Shown: piece after piece, positions 25,095 to 38,760 of the stretch
How positions within the stretch are numbered: the stretch's first letter is position 1
How the letters are laid out: each line of letters opens with the position of its first letter
Assembly: GCF_006345805.1 (NCBI RefSeq)
Contig: NC_043003.1
Coordinates: forward strand, 69,812,001-69,876,000
DNA length: 64,000 nucleotides
Reading direction: 5' to 3'
Origin: Octopus sinensis
Taxonomy: Eukaryota
The notes under the pieces: model-generated
What the model was told of the DNA's origin: nothing
Seen by the model: only the letters and a program-made list of their open reading frames with translations
The model's database searches: none
Translations under genes and position numbers: made by a program

Positions 25095-25520
25095 ATATAC
25101 ATTTACATTACATTCGATGGATATTTGTCCTCATCTTGTTTGTTGTTAACACGTTTCGGCTGATATACCCACCAGCCTTCTCGACTGGTGTCAGTATATT
25201 CAAGCCAGGTGGTATTAGCTTTGAGTCTCTACATCTACATAAGAAAGTTAGATGGTTTGAAAGACGAGCTAGTTTTTGATGGAGTTTCTCTATATGTCTC
25301 CATTGAAGTCTAATGTAGGCTCTGTACTGAGTAGATAATACAGTTCTATATTTAAGCAATGAGGAATTATGTACATTATTTACATTCGACGGATATTTGG
25401 AAGGCTGGAGGGTATATCAGCCGAAACATGTGTTAACAACAAACAAGATGAGGACAAATATCCATCAAATGTAAAAAATGTAAATAATGTACATAATTCC
25501 TCATCTCTTAAATATAAATA
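25095..25520 (-). mobile_element. Penelope-like remnant: ORF N-terminus between inverted pseudo-LTR pieces
   Basis: EKLHQKLARLSNHLTFLCRCRDSKLIPPGL is the PLE N-terminal motif. 25097-25180 is inverted at ~25400-25490. TA tracts on both sides. Confidence 0.7.
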
Positions 25521-26216
25521 TATATATATATTATATATATATATATATATAATATATATATATATATATAAATGAAATATAAGGAAAGGAAAAATTGTAG
25601 GTGTAGATGATCTTTAATTCATACTCCAAGTTGGTACAGAACCAATATACATTCTATAAATTGTTTTGGAGTCTAATTAATGCCAAAGACAAAACCGAAA
25701 AACTCTTCATGAAATAAAAATTAGATTCTTTGTCAGGAATTACATTCTGGTGTGAATAATTATGAACAACAATCGTTGGGTGATATGCTGTGCTTGAGAA
25801 GACCTAACTGAAATCGTGTCAAACCGAGTGAAATCGTAGTTGTGGCTGATGCTAGTGCTGTCTGACTGGCACCTGTGTCAGTGGCACATAAAAAGCACTG
25901 TTTGAGCGTTGGGCCTTATGGAGGCAGTGACAGGAGACCGAGACCTTTGGTGATATACTATGCTTGAGTAGACCTGCTAGGCTAAGTGAGACCATAGTTT
26001 GGCCGATGCTAGTGTCAGGTCAATGGCACCCGTGCCAGTGGCACATAAAAAACACCCACCACACTCTTGGAGAGGTTGGCATTAGAAAGGGCATCCAGCT
26101 GTAGAAGCCTTGCCAAATCAGATCAGAACCTGATGCAGTCCCCCAACTTGATAGTTTTCAGTCAAACCATCCAACCCATGCCAGCATGGAAAGCAGATGT
26201 TAAATGATGATGATGT

Positions 26217-26253
<37 letters not shown>

Positions 26254-27745
26254 AGTGTGTTGTGTTCTTGAGCAAAATACTTCATTTTACGCTGCTCCAG
26301 TCCCTTTACGATCAAGGGGGAATGTTGACCAGCACACCTAGCCAGTGGGGTGGCATCACTCAATGGCTAAAAACAATGCAAAAATGCATTGTGACCAGCG
26401 ATGTGTAACAACATCTGATAGTGCCATTGGTCACGTGATATCCCTTCACAGCAAAAACTTGACACCAAAATGTTGGTAATGCAAAGATATATTAATTTTA
26501 TATTATTTTGCTTTTTGCTAATTACCTTTCCTTAATTAGTCATACATAAATAGATGAAAGACAGACTAATTGAAAAATCAAACTTTTAATAAGTTCAGAC
26601 GTGGCTGTGTGGTTGAGGCTTGCTTACCAACTATGTGGTCTCGGGTTCAGTCCCACTACATGGCACCATGGGCAAGTGTCTTCCACTTTAGCCCTGGGTT
26701 GACCAAAGCTTTGTGAGTAGATTTGGCAGATGGAAACTGAATGAAGCCAGTCATATACGTGTGTGTGTGTGTCTGTGTGTGTGTGTGTGTGTGTGCATGT
26801 GCGCACGTGTGTGTGTGTGTGTTACCATCATGAAAGCAGTATTCTTCATTTCCAATTTTCTGTGAGAACATATCAGGTCATAGGAAAATAGTTCCTTGCT
26901 TGGAAACAAATAAGTGTTGGCAGCAGGAAGGGCATCCAGACAGAAAATCCACTTCAACGAATTCTTGCCAAACCATGCAATGGTAGTAAAATGAACATTA
27001 AAATGATGATGATAAATATACATACATGTTTGTGTATGTATTATGAATACAAAACCTATTGAGGCAAGTGAAATCAAATCAAAATCGCTGACGTGGCCGA
27101 TGACAGTACCGCCTGATTGGCACTCGTGTACCAGTGGAACGTTAAAAGCACATTCAAGTGTGATTGTTGCCAGGGCCATGGATTGGCTCCAGTGCTGGCG
27201 GCATGTGAAAAGCACCATTTGAGTGTGATCGTTGCCAGTGTTGCTTTACTGGCACATGTGCTGGTGGCACATGAAAAACAACATTCGAGCATGGTCATTG
27301 CCAGTGCCGCTGGACTGGCTCCCATGCAGGTAACACATAAAAAACACCTTTTGAACGTGGTCTTTGCCAGAACCACCTGACTGGCCCTCATGCCGGTGGC
27401 ATGTAAAAGTACTCACTACACACTTGGAGTAGTTTGGAATTAGGAAGGGCATCCAGCTGTAGTAACTTTGCCATATCAGATTGAGCCTGGTGCTGCCTCA
27501 GGCTCACCATTCCTCAGTCAAACCGTCCAACCCATGCCAGCATGGAAAGTGGATGTTAAACAACGACGATGACGATGATGATGACTAGAATATGTTTGTA
27601 CTGTATGACTTCGCTTATATTCTACAAACTAAATGAAATCAGAGATTAATAAGCTCACCATGGATAACTTGCCAAGTTCAGAGACACCATCATATATCTC
27701 GTAGATCTAAATATACATTTGTAATGAACAATAACTGAAACAAAC

Positions 27746-27897
27746 CTGTCAGTCCTATGAGAACGTCTTTTGATGTTCAACATTTCAAAATAATTTGCTA
27801 TAAGCAAATCTTCATAACTTAAAACTCTATGGTGATTCATTATCTTGACATCATTTTGGTCTTTTGAGGAAGCTGATTGACTTCTGCTTCTAGACAT
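27746..27897 (-). CDS. DCDC1: DCDC1 first coding exon (ATG at 27897; exon acceptor at 27904)
   Basis: ttgttttcag|gaaaaatATG. MSRSRSQSASSKDQ...RRSHRTD(R)|gtttgt, phase 2, joins exon 2 in frame. An upstream coding exon cannot be excluded. Confidence 0.7.
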
Positions 27898-28053
27898 ATT
27901 TTTCCTGAAAACAATAAAAGGATAAATTGCTTTTAGAATAAAGAAGTTATAAGCTGGCATCAAAATGTGCTTTATGTAATATTTTTGGGGGGTAAAGTTT
28001 TAGACTGGAATTTTTTGTGCATTTTGCTCACAAGAAGATAGGAATATTTAAAT

Positions 28054-28333
28054 TATTCTGTTCTGTCTGGGGAGGGTCATTCTCTTTTGGTACCTTATAA
28101 TTGAACACACTCACCAGTAAAGTTTCCACTCATTTACTTATTAATTTTTCTAAAATTTTCATTGCGTCTTGCAACCTTTTCAATAGTTTTGAGTCAAAAC
28201 CATTGAAAAAGTTGCAAGACACAACAAACATTTTAGGAAAATAAAAATAAGAAATAAGTGGACATTTTACCAGTGAGTGTGTTAAATTATAAGGAACCAA
28301 AAGAGAATGACTCTCCCCAGACACAACAGAATA
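28054..28333. repeat. ~280-bp palindromic foldback (MITE-like)
   Basis: TGTCTGGGGAGGGTCATTCTCTTTTGG...TTGCAAC..GTTTTGA pairs with TCAAAAC..GTTGCAAG...CCAAAAGAGAATGACTCTCCCCAGACA; almost no loop. Confidence 0.85.
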
Positions 28334-28464
28334 CACTTCAACACACAAACTCACATAAAGAATATTGCAAACCAAATCCAAAAACGAAATTTAAATTATT
28401 ATTTTATTTATCTTCTGTTATATAAATGATCAAATAAAAGTAACAAGCCAATATCAAAAATATT

Positions 28465-28850
28465 ATTCTTTTATTTGTTTCAGTCATTTGAATTGGCCAT
28501 GCTGGAGCACCACCTTTAGTTGAACAAATCGACCATGACTTATTCTTTGTAAGCCTAGTACTTATTCTGTTAGTCTCCTCTGCTGAACTGCTAAGTTACA
28601 GGAACATAAACATACCAACATCAATTGTCAAGTGATGGGGGATGGACAAACACAGACACACAAATATATACACACACACACATATATATATATATGATAG
28701 GCTTCTTTCAGTTTCTGTTACCAAATCCACTTACAAGTCTTTGGTCAGCCGAAGGCTATAGTAGAAGACATTTGCCCAAGGTGCCACACAGTAGGACTGA
28801 ACCTGGAACCATGTGGTTGGCAAGCAAGCTCCTTACCACACAGCCACTCC
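28465..28850 (-). mobile_element. SINE family A
   Basis: Full-length copy. Confidence 0.75.
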
Positions 28851-28899
28851 TGTCCCTGATTTTAACATTTAAAATGCGATGAAAAAAGACATAAATAGG

Positions 28900-29300
28900 C
28901 TCAGATGTGGCTGTGTGGTAAGACGCTTGCTTCCCAACAACATGGTTCTGGGTTCAGTTCCACTGTATAGCACCTTATGCAAGTGTCTTCTACAATGGCC
29001 TTGCATTGACCAAAGCCTTGTGAACGGAAAATGAAAGAAGAACATCATATGTGTGATTGTGTGCATCTTTGGGTCTGTGTTTGTCCCTGAACACCCCTTG
29101 ACAACCATTGTTGGTGTACTTACCTCCATGTAACTTAGTGGTTCAGCAAAAGTGCCTGATAGAATAAGTACCAGGCTAAAAATTAAAATAAAAAAGTAAT
29201 GAATAAATAAGACCTGGGGTCGATTCATATGATTAAAATTTCTTCAAGGCAGTCCCCCAGCATGTCTACAGTCAAACGACTGAAACAAGTAAAAGACAAA
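28900..29300 (+). mobile_element. SINE family A (inverted relative to neighbour)
   Basis: Full-length copy. Confidence 0.75.
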
Positions 29301-29528
29301 TAAAGATATCATAGTCACAGGCATGGCTGTGTGGTTTAGAAAATTGCTTTGCAACTGTGTGGCTTTGGGTTCAGTTCCACTCTGTAGCACCTTGGACAAG
29401 TGTCTTCTATAATAGCTCTAGCCTAACTAAATTCTTATGAGTGAATTTGATACAGAGAAACTGTATGGAAGCCCATCATGTACATACATATATATGTACA
29501 TGTGTGTGTGTGTTGTGTGTGTGTGTGT

Positions 29529-29565
<37 letters not shown>

Positions 29566-30189
29566 AAATATCAGACTTTTTTTACCCAGCATCCTAATGA
29601 CTCAGTAAGCTTGCAGTCTTAGAGCTTATAATAATAGTAGTAATAATAATAACAGGGAGGAAAAGAGACAGTACAGACGTTGGCCAGAGACTAGGGCAGT
29701 GGTTCCCAACCTGGGGTTCATGGACCCCTGGTGGTCCGAAAAGGTAGTACTGGAGATCCATGAACTAAATTCCAAATTCCATCCATCCATCCATATCACC
29801 CCCACCACCACCACCACCATCACCATCACCATCATCATCATCATCATCATCATTATTATTATTATTATTATTCAAAGTCTGCTTTCCATGCTGGACAGTG
29901 GGCTGCACCAGGCTCCAATCTGATCTGGTAATGTTTCTACAGCTGGATGCCCTTCCTAATGCCAACCACTCTGAGAGTGTAGTGGATGCTTTTTATGTGC
30001 CGCCGGCATAGGAAACAGTCAAGTGGGCCTGGCATCGATCACATTCAGATAGTGCTTTTTATGTGCCACCAGCACAGGAACCAGTCAGGGGGCACTGGCA
30101 TTGGTCACATTCAAATGGTGCTTTTTACATGCAACCAGCATGGGAGCCATTCAGGGGCACTGACATCAGACATGGCTGTGATCTCACTT

Positions 30190-30830
30190 TAGTGGACTTT
30201 GTAGAGTTTCAATAATTGTTAAACACTTGAGTATTTCTTGGCTATGAAGAGGTAGGCAAGACATTGGGATATGGTCCAATGTTAAGGATGCACTTCAACC
30301 AGGAGAAATCCTTGGTGATGATGAGGTGGCTGTCATTGAGTACCATCTGTCTTGCAGTAATATGTCCACCTCCTGGTCATTTTTACTTAAATAGTTCCTC
30401 TGAGGGTGCTCTTTGATGAGTGTCCAAAGCAGCTGGTATGTCACTGTGAAAAAGAGTGATCAGAGCAAGCGCCACCAGCCTGGATATCGAAAGTAAAGAA
30501 TGATCATGTGACCCAATAATTGGAGTAATTCTGAGGTCTCCAGATGAGTACTGCTTCTAATAAATGAAGGAGGGGACTTCATATGAGCAGTATTTGTGTT
30601 TTCTTCCTTTTGAAAAAGACAAGATTAGAATATATTCATTGAAGGATGCTTCTAAGGTCTCTGGGGGTCAGTGAGTGTTTGGCATAGAACAAAAAATCTG
30701 AAGTGATGACCTTTGTTGATTACAGTGATTGAATTTTCCATCTCAATGAGATTGCTGGAAGAAATAGCAGCAATTCAGTCATCCCATCTACTAAATTATA
30801 GAAATCTTTCATTCTTGAAAGTCTTGCAAT
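30190..30830 (-). mobile_element. Highly degenerate LINE AP-endonuclease fragment
   Basis: PIIGSHDHSLLSI resembles the APE SDH motif; KDFSWLKC downstream resembles DFPW..C. Confidence 0.45.
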
Positions 30831-32011
30831 AAAATCCAATCCCTAATGTTTTCATTTACTTCCATTTTAAATAACATGAAAATGAATGGCAAAATAGGTT
30901 TTATGTTATGGTAAAATTTTCAGGAACCAAATGCTTCCATAATGCAGAGGATGTCAGCAAAATTGTTCTGATTCAATGAAAAATACTCCTCTCATACAAA
31001 AACTGAACTTAATCAAAAGAAATCAATCATTATTTTTAGAGTTACCATAATAATAGTATTTTTCTTTTACTGTTCAATAATAGACTCTAAAAAGCCATAG
31101 GCTTGCATCTGTACCAAAATGCCTCACTTCTGTGATGTTTCCGTCTTCCTCTCACATCTCTATGGCATCAATACTCTCCACTTCTCACATGCTTCTATTG
31201 TATCAATACTCTCTATTGTCAGACGATAATTTTGAATTACACCCACTATTACAATTTCGTCTTCATTCTTCATTGTAAGTCTATCAGACACTTACAGCAG
31301 CAGTCGCAGCAGACAGCATGGAAGAGGAATACAAAGGTGTCTGCAGAGAAGAGACATTTACAGACAGACAACTTCTTCCATTACAATTCCTCAGATTCTT
31401 TGTAGTTCAAGTACAAATCTATATCTTATGTTTTACTTTTACTTGTTTCAGTCATTCAACTTCCGCCCATGATGGGGCATCAACTTGACGGGTTTAGGCA
31501 AACAAATCAACCTAGTATTTGATTTTCAAGTCTGGTGCTTATATTATCAGCCACTTTTGCCAAACTTCTAAGTTACAGGGACATAAACAAACCAACACTG
31601 GTTGCTAAGTGATGGTAAAAGACAAAAAAAGATACACATGCACACACATAAAGACACACATACCACACCCACACACGTTAGGCTTCCACACAGTTTCCAT
31701 CAGTCAAATCCATTCACAAGGCATTGGTCAGCACTGGGCTGCAGTAGAGGACACTTTCTCAAGGTGCTGTGCAGTGGGACTAAACCCAAAACCATCTGGT
31801 TGCAAAGTGAGCTTCTTAACCACACAGCCATGCCTGTGCCTGTGCTTATAAGTCCACGTCCACCTACCTTTATAAAATGAACTTCAGTGTGATAATAGAA
31901 AACACACACATACACACAACATGATGCACAAATACAGTGACACGAGGTCCAACAGCAAACATAAAGAAAGAAGAATCAAAGAAATGAATTGTAGTGCCAA
32001 GGATTAAATAA

Positions 32012-32393
32012 TCTCTCTCTATATAAACGGCAGTTTGTCTGTGCGTTTTCTGTGTGTCTGTTTTCTTGTACCCTCACTCTGACCACGGCTTTCAACCGAT
32101 TCTGATGAAACTTGACACACACATAGCCCAATGTCATGATTCAAAACTAATGCAGCGAAAATTTTGAAAAGTTCCCCCAGTTCTGAAAAAAATCGATAAA
32201 TTCGACATGGGGTCGAGAATCAGAAACCCAAACCACAGACCGTCTAGGGGACGCAACTCCACCTTTTTTAACTCTCAAAAAAATTTACCATCATTTTTTT
32301 TCCATTTTTTGCTATTTTTTGGCTATAACTCTCTAAAAATGCTTTATAGTTATTTCCCTTACAAACCTGAGCAACGCCGGGCGATACTGCTAG
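32012..32393 (+). mobile_element. Non-autonomous Helitron
   Basis: 5' TC(TC..TATATAAA), 3' hairpin CCTGAGCAACGCCGGG then CTAG, inserted between A and T. Near-identical to 38094-38477. Confidence 0.8.
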
Positions 32394-33279
32394 TCAAAAT
32401 ATAAACTTAATCCAAGAACTGCAGAAAATAGATAATTTTTATGGATTAACCACCAACTTAAAAATAGTCTAACCATCCAAGCAACATTTCGCCAAATTGT
32501 GATATTGTGTGTGCGTGTGTGTGTGCCATTCTATGTCTCAGAGTTTAGTGATTTAATAAAAAAGATATTGATAGAATAAGTTCAGGACAGGAATCATCAT
32601 CATCATCATCGTTTAACATCCGTTTTCCATGCTGGCATGGGTTGGACGGCTTGACTGAGGACTGATGAGCCAGAGGCTGCACCAGGCTCAATCTGATCTG
32701 GCAAAGTTTCTATAGCTGGATACTCTTCCTAATGCCAACCACTCCAAGAGTGTAGTGGGTGCTTTTTACGTGCCACCGGCACGAAGGCCAGTCAAGTGGT
32801 TCTGGCAACAACCACACTCAAAATGTGTTTTTACATGCTACCTGCACAGAAGCCAATCCAGCGGCACTGGAAATGACCACGCCTGAATGTTGTTTTCATG
32901 TGCCATCAGCACAGGAGCCAATCCGTGGCCCTGGCAACAATCACACTCAGATGTGCTTTGGGCGGTACTGTCATCAGCCACGCCAGTGATTTTGATTTGT
33001 TTTCAATTGCCTCAATAGGTCTTCACAAGCAAAGTTCATTGTCCAATGAAAGAGGGGTACTCATAAGTGGGCCAACAAATCTCCCATAAAGTAATTCCTA
33101 GTAAAAACTTTGCTGACAACAACACACAATGTTCAGGCCTGCCTGTGGGCTCCAACCTCTCAGGTCTACTGGCCATTACTTAATTGGACCAGCTGGGGTG
33201 CAGAGCATTCAGTACCTGCTGCTCATGTGATTTCTTCACCAGGTATATGGATGACATTCTCATACTCACAACTTTACAT

Positions 33280-33800
33280 GAGGGCCACCACAAGACTGAA
33301 GTCCTTCAACAACCTGAACCAGTACATTGAGTTCAGCATTGAACATCCTGACAATGATGGATGCCTGTCCCTGCTCACCTTTCAGTTAAGTATTATGGAT
33401 GGAAGAAAATTCAACATGTTATTCTACCAGAAAGTAGTCGACCGAAATGTTTGTCTTTGTTTCAAGTCAGCCTTCCCTGTCAATGCTGTAACTGGTTCTA
33501 TATGGAATGAGAATACAGAATGAGAATATGGAATGAGATTACCCATATCTATAACAGGTGAAATGACAATGCAAACCAGGTTGCTCAAATCACCCAGTTC
33601 CTCAAGACCCTAGGAATCAACAGGTATCAAGCATCCATTACCAACAGTCTCCAAGGACACAAGTCAAATAAATATGGCAGGAGGAATCTCTTTAACACAT
33701 TTCTTCTTCAGTGAGAGGACAATCACTGTCATCCATAAAGAAGGTCTTGGCATCTTACCAATCCACTTGGAACGGTCCCTACAAAGATGCATGTCAATGA
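33280..33800 (+). mobile_element. Penelope-like RT C-terminal fragment
   Basis: FNNLNQYIEFSIEHPDNDGCLSLL..FYQK..CLCFKSAFP..IWNE resembles the PLE N..HP.I.FT.E....LPFLD..YRK..LH..S.HP motif. Confidence 0.65.
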
Positions 33801-35254
33801 AGAGAACCCATGAGGAAAACGTTAGTTCCATGAGGAACCCATTAGTTTACTAATGTGCAGGGGCACATTAGTAAACTGTCCCATTCATAAAGCAAAGAAG
33901 TGTCTTTGAACATGTGTGGTCGACCAGTTACATTGTTTCAGGTGTGGCAATTACTTTATTTGCCGGGTCTTCTCAGTCACAGCATACCTCCAAAGGCCTC
34001 TGTCTTTTGTTATTGCCTCTGTGAGGCCCAATGTTCGAAGGTCATGCTTCACCACCACATCCCATGTCTTCCTGGGTCTCCTTCTACCCTGGATTCCTTT
34101 CACTGTCACTTAATTTATTGATCCCGAAAGGATGAAAGGCAAAGTCAACCTCAGTGGAATTTGAATTCAGAATGTACCAATGGGCAAAATACCGCAAAGC
34201 ATTTCATTTGGCGTGCTAATGATTCTGCCAGCTCACTGCCCTCCCAAGATCAAGAATCAATCAGGGTTGGGCTGGTGGCTTCTATAAATTACTAATCATC
34301 CCCAACTTCTTCACTGTGACCATGACCAATATCATCTCTGCTACAGCAATGATTTTTGTCATTGCCTATCAGTACCAACTACTGCTACAACATATACCAC
34401 CACCAGCACTACCACCACTAGCACAACCACCATCACCGCCACCAATGTAGGCAGTTACCTTCACTACAACTGTAGCCAACTTATAGCTAGCCATCTACCA
34501 CTGCCTCTACAATGACCCTATGACCTCTACAGCCACTGGCAACACCAATTTTGCATCAACTGCAGCTAGTACATTCAGCTGTTTCCATGGCTACCACTGC
34601 ATGGACAAAGCAGGGTCACTGCCTGTATGACAATCAAAATGGCAGAATCTACGTAAACTGACATTTCTTTAAGCTGTTCACTTCTCATGATGGGCCTTTG
34701 TGCCTGAAATAATAAAAGTTACTCAATTTTCCCTTTTCACATTGTTAGAAATTCTCATTATTTGAAAGTCTTCATTATTTACCATTTTACTTCTGTACCA
34801 CAATGCTTTCAGCAAACTACAACACTCTTCATATATACACATATATACATACATATACATATATACATATGCACACATACATATAAACATATGCATATAT
34901 ATATATATATTTATATATATATACATACATATTCATACATACATATATATATATATACTACATACATATACGTACATACAGGTACACATATATACTTAAA
35001 CATATATATATATACATATATACATACATAAATATATACATATGTTTATACAGATATATATATATATACACACACACACACTCACATATACACACACACA
35101 TATATTCCCCCACATATCTATATTTATAAACCCCTGCACACACACACACACATACATATATTTCCCCACATATCTACATTTATAAACACTTGCACATACA
35201 CTCACACACACAATGTATTATCATGTCAACATTCTGCAATTTCTCTAACACACA

Positions 35255-35299
<45 letters not shown>

Positions 35300-37069
35300 C
35301 AACCAACATCTAAGTCTAAAAGAAAATTTCACACATTCTGTTTCTTTTAATGACATGGTTCCTTAGCTATTTGTCTTCTTTCACCTTTTTTTTTCTCTTC
35401 CACTGACATAAAAGCAGGATATTGGATCTTCAAGAGAAATTAGCCGACAGCAAAGCAATTTGGAAACAAAACTGGAAATTACCAAAGATTATTGAGAGAA
35501 CCTCTTTTAGTCTGAGAAGGGGTCAATGACATATTTCTAAAGATAAGAACTGTTCAGATCTTTAATTAAATACTGTGGTGACATCAACAGAAAATCCAAA
35601 CTACTCGTAATTCTTTTAATGTCTTAGTCTTTCACTGGATACAGTCAATGCAATGAATTGTGGCCATGCTGGAGCATCAGTGACTCTATAATTTTAGTTT
35701 TCTATTTTATTTTTCTATATTGTAAAAAGCACCATCCGGACATGGTTGATGCCAGCCCCCCTGCCCCAACAGGCTCCTACGCCGGTAGTATATAAAAAGC
35801 ACCATCCAAACATGGTTGATGCCAGCGCCCCTGCCCCAACAGGCTCCTACACCGGGGGCAATTAAAAACACCATCCAAACATGGCTGGTGCCAGACACCC
35901 ACCCCCCACCAACTGGCTCCTGCACCAGTAGCAATTAAAAAGCACCATCCGATCATGGCTGATGCCAGTGCCGCCTGAGTAGAAAAGAATATGCACTACT
36001 GAAACTGGTGGGGTGGTGGGGTATCCAATAGTCCTGTGTATCTTTTATGCCACCATAAACGGTTGTGTTAACCATGGTCGCAATTTGCTAATTTGTTCAA
36101 GGTGATGCTCCAGCATGGCCACAGAACAATGACTGAAACAAATTAAAAGATAAAAATGAAACACACATCAAACGATAACTACATATTTATCACTTAACAC
36201 ATTATGTTATCATAAACATATTTTCATCCATTTGCTTGTTCTCTGTCTTATCTAAATCTAATTAAACTGGGGGAATAAGTTTCTGTAATTAGCAGCGATA
36301 CATCGTTAAAGAATATAATGTCAGTGATTGATATGTTTTTTTTATTTTATTTTATATTACACTACCTTCTCAAATTCTCACTGATAATACACCACCATCG
36401 ACATTAATACCACCACCACAAACACTACCACCACCACAGCCACCATTACTACAGGCACTACCATCACCACCATCATCACAATCACCACTGCCACCATAAC
36501 CACCACCACCACCACCACCACTTCCACCACCACTGCTGCCATCACCACCACAACCACCACCACTGTCGCCATCACCACCACCACCACCGCCACCACAACC
36601 ACCACCGTCATCACAACCACCAACACCACAACCACCACCACTGCATCAACACCATCTCCATCCTCACAGCTGCCATCCCCACCATCACTGTCTCCATTGC
36701 CATCTCCCCTACCCTCGCCATTGCATTGTATGGTACCTATCACCCCTTTTATTGGTGTCACATGCTTACAAGGGAGCCTCTACATGTTCACTCCATTTGC
36801 TAGACATAGAGGTCAACTTTCCCTGCAGTCATATCACATGGAGACAAGGGTACATTAGATAACATGGCTCAAAGTTACCTACACATAGGAATGAGAAGAG
36901 TTGGTCACAATTGGATTGTCTTTGATCATGGATTTGCTTGATAAAGGTTGACCAGGGGCTAAACAACAATAAAAACAACACTCATACTACTACTACTACT
37001 ACTACTAGTATCACTATCAAACCCTGGTAGCATTAAGAGTGTACTGACTACCATCACCACCATCACAGT

Positions 37070-37830
37070 AATGAGAGAGAGAGAGAGAGAAAGAGGGAGG
37101 GGGAGAGAGAGAAAGAGAGAGAGAGAAAGAGAGAGAGTGAAAGAGAGATGAGTGAGAGAGAAGGAGAGAGAGAGGGAAAGAGGGGAGAAAGAGAGAGGAG
37201 AGAGAGGAGAAAGAGAGAGAAGGAAAGAGAGAGAGAAAAAGAGAGAGAGAAAAAGAGAGAGAAAGAGAGAGCGTGAAAGAGAGAGGACAGAGAGAAAGAG
37301 AGAGCGTGAAAGAGAGAGGACAGAGAGAAAGAGAGAGAAAAAGAGAAAGAGAGAGATAAAAGAGAAAGAGAGAGAAAGAAGAGAGAGAGAGAAGGAAACA
37401 GAGAGAAAGAAAAGGAGAGTGAGCGAGAAAGAGAGACAGACACACACACACGCACGCATGCCCACAAGCACACACACACACACACATACACACACACACA
37501 CAAAGGATCAAATATATTATACTGTATGAAGAACTTTTTATTATTCTACTATATAGATAGATAGATAAATAGATAGATAGATAGATAGACAGATAGATAG
37601 ACAGACAGACAGGCAGGCAGGTAGGTAGGTAGGTAGATAGTGTGTGTGAGAGAGAGAGGGGTAGAGAGAAAGAGACAGACAGGCAGATAGAGTGAGGGAG
37701 AGACAAAGTTGCAGAGTGAAAGAGAGAGAGAGAGAAATGGAGAGATGGAGAGATAGAGAGTCAGACACATAGATGGAGTGATAGAAAAATAGATAGACAG
37801 ACAGACAGGCAGAGAAACAGATAGACAAAC

Positions 37831-37903
<73 letters not shown>

Positions 37904-37956
37904 TATAGATAGATAGACAAACAGACAAACAGTCAGACAGAAATAGATAGACTGAG

Positions 37957-37991
<35 letters not shown>

Positions 37992-38055
37992 GAGACAGAC
38001 AGAAAGACAAAGATAGATAGGTAGATAGATAGATAGATAGATGGATAGATAGACA
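37070..38055. repeat. (GA)n, (CA)n and (GATA/GACA)n compound microsatellite
   Basis: Read directly. Confidence 0.9.
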
Positions 38056-38093
38056 TTCAGTCAGCTACAACTGATTGTAGTCTTTCTTATATA

Positions 38094-38477
38094 TCTCTCT
38101 CTATATAAACGGCAGTTTGTCTGTGCGTGTTTCTGTGTGTCTGTTTGCTTGTACCCTCACCCTGACCACGGCTTTCAACCGATTCTGATGAAACTTGACA
38201 CACACATAGCCCAATGTCATAATTCAAAACTAACGCAGCGAAAATTTTGAAAAGTTCCCCCAGTTCTGAAAAAAATCGATAAATTCGACATGGGGTCGAG
38301 AATCAGAAACACAAACCAAAAATTGTCATGGGGACGCAACTCCAACTTTTTTAACTCTCAAAAAAAATTTACCATCATTTTTTTCCATGTTTTTGCTATT
38401 TTTTGGCTATAACTCTCTAAAAATGCTTTATAGTTATTTCCCTTACAAACCTGAGCAACGCCGGGCGATACTGCTAG
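38094..38477 (+). mobile_element. Non-autonomous Helitron (same family as 32012)
   Basis: TC...hairpin-CTAG, A|T target site. Confidence 0.8.
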
Positions 38478-38760
38478 TCACAAATAATTACAGAAAGATC
38501 TCTACTATAAATATCTCAACAAAAAAAAGAAATGAATATAATTTGAGGATAAAAAGAAATTAAAAATCAAGATAAAGTAAATAAATAAACACTAATTGGT
38601 TTACTTATTACTCACCACTAATTGCTTTAGTAAAAACATTTTACAAAAGTCAAACATTGACTTCTAGTTTGTTTTGTTCTTTTTGCCATGGTGCAGTTCT
38701 AGTTTATTTACAATGTCTTGCATCTGCCTTCTCTTACATTCACTAGTTTTGACCAGACAC

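Noticed and set aside
27659-27745. Longer first coding exon using the donor TG|GTGAGC at 27658
   Set aside because: Splicing to exon 2 creates TG+A = TGA stop. The 27746 donor keeps the frame, although the longer form could be an unproductive isoform.
32102-32112. CTGATGA in the Helitron copies as a hammerhead core
   Set aside because: No stem II/GAAA/stem III architecture follows.
35418-35530. Possible + strand terminal exon ILDLQEKLADSK..
   Set aside because: Short, no upstream exons and no homology evident.
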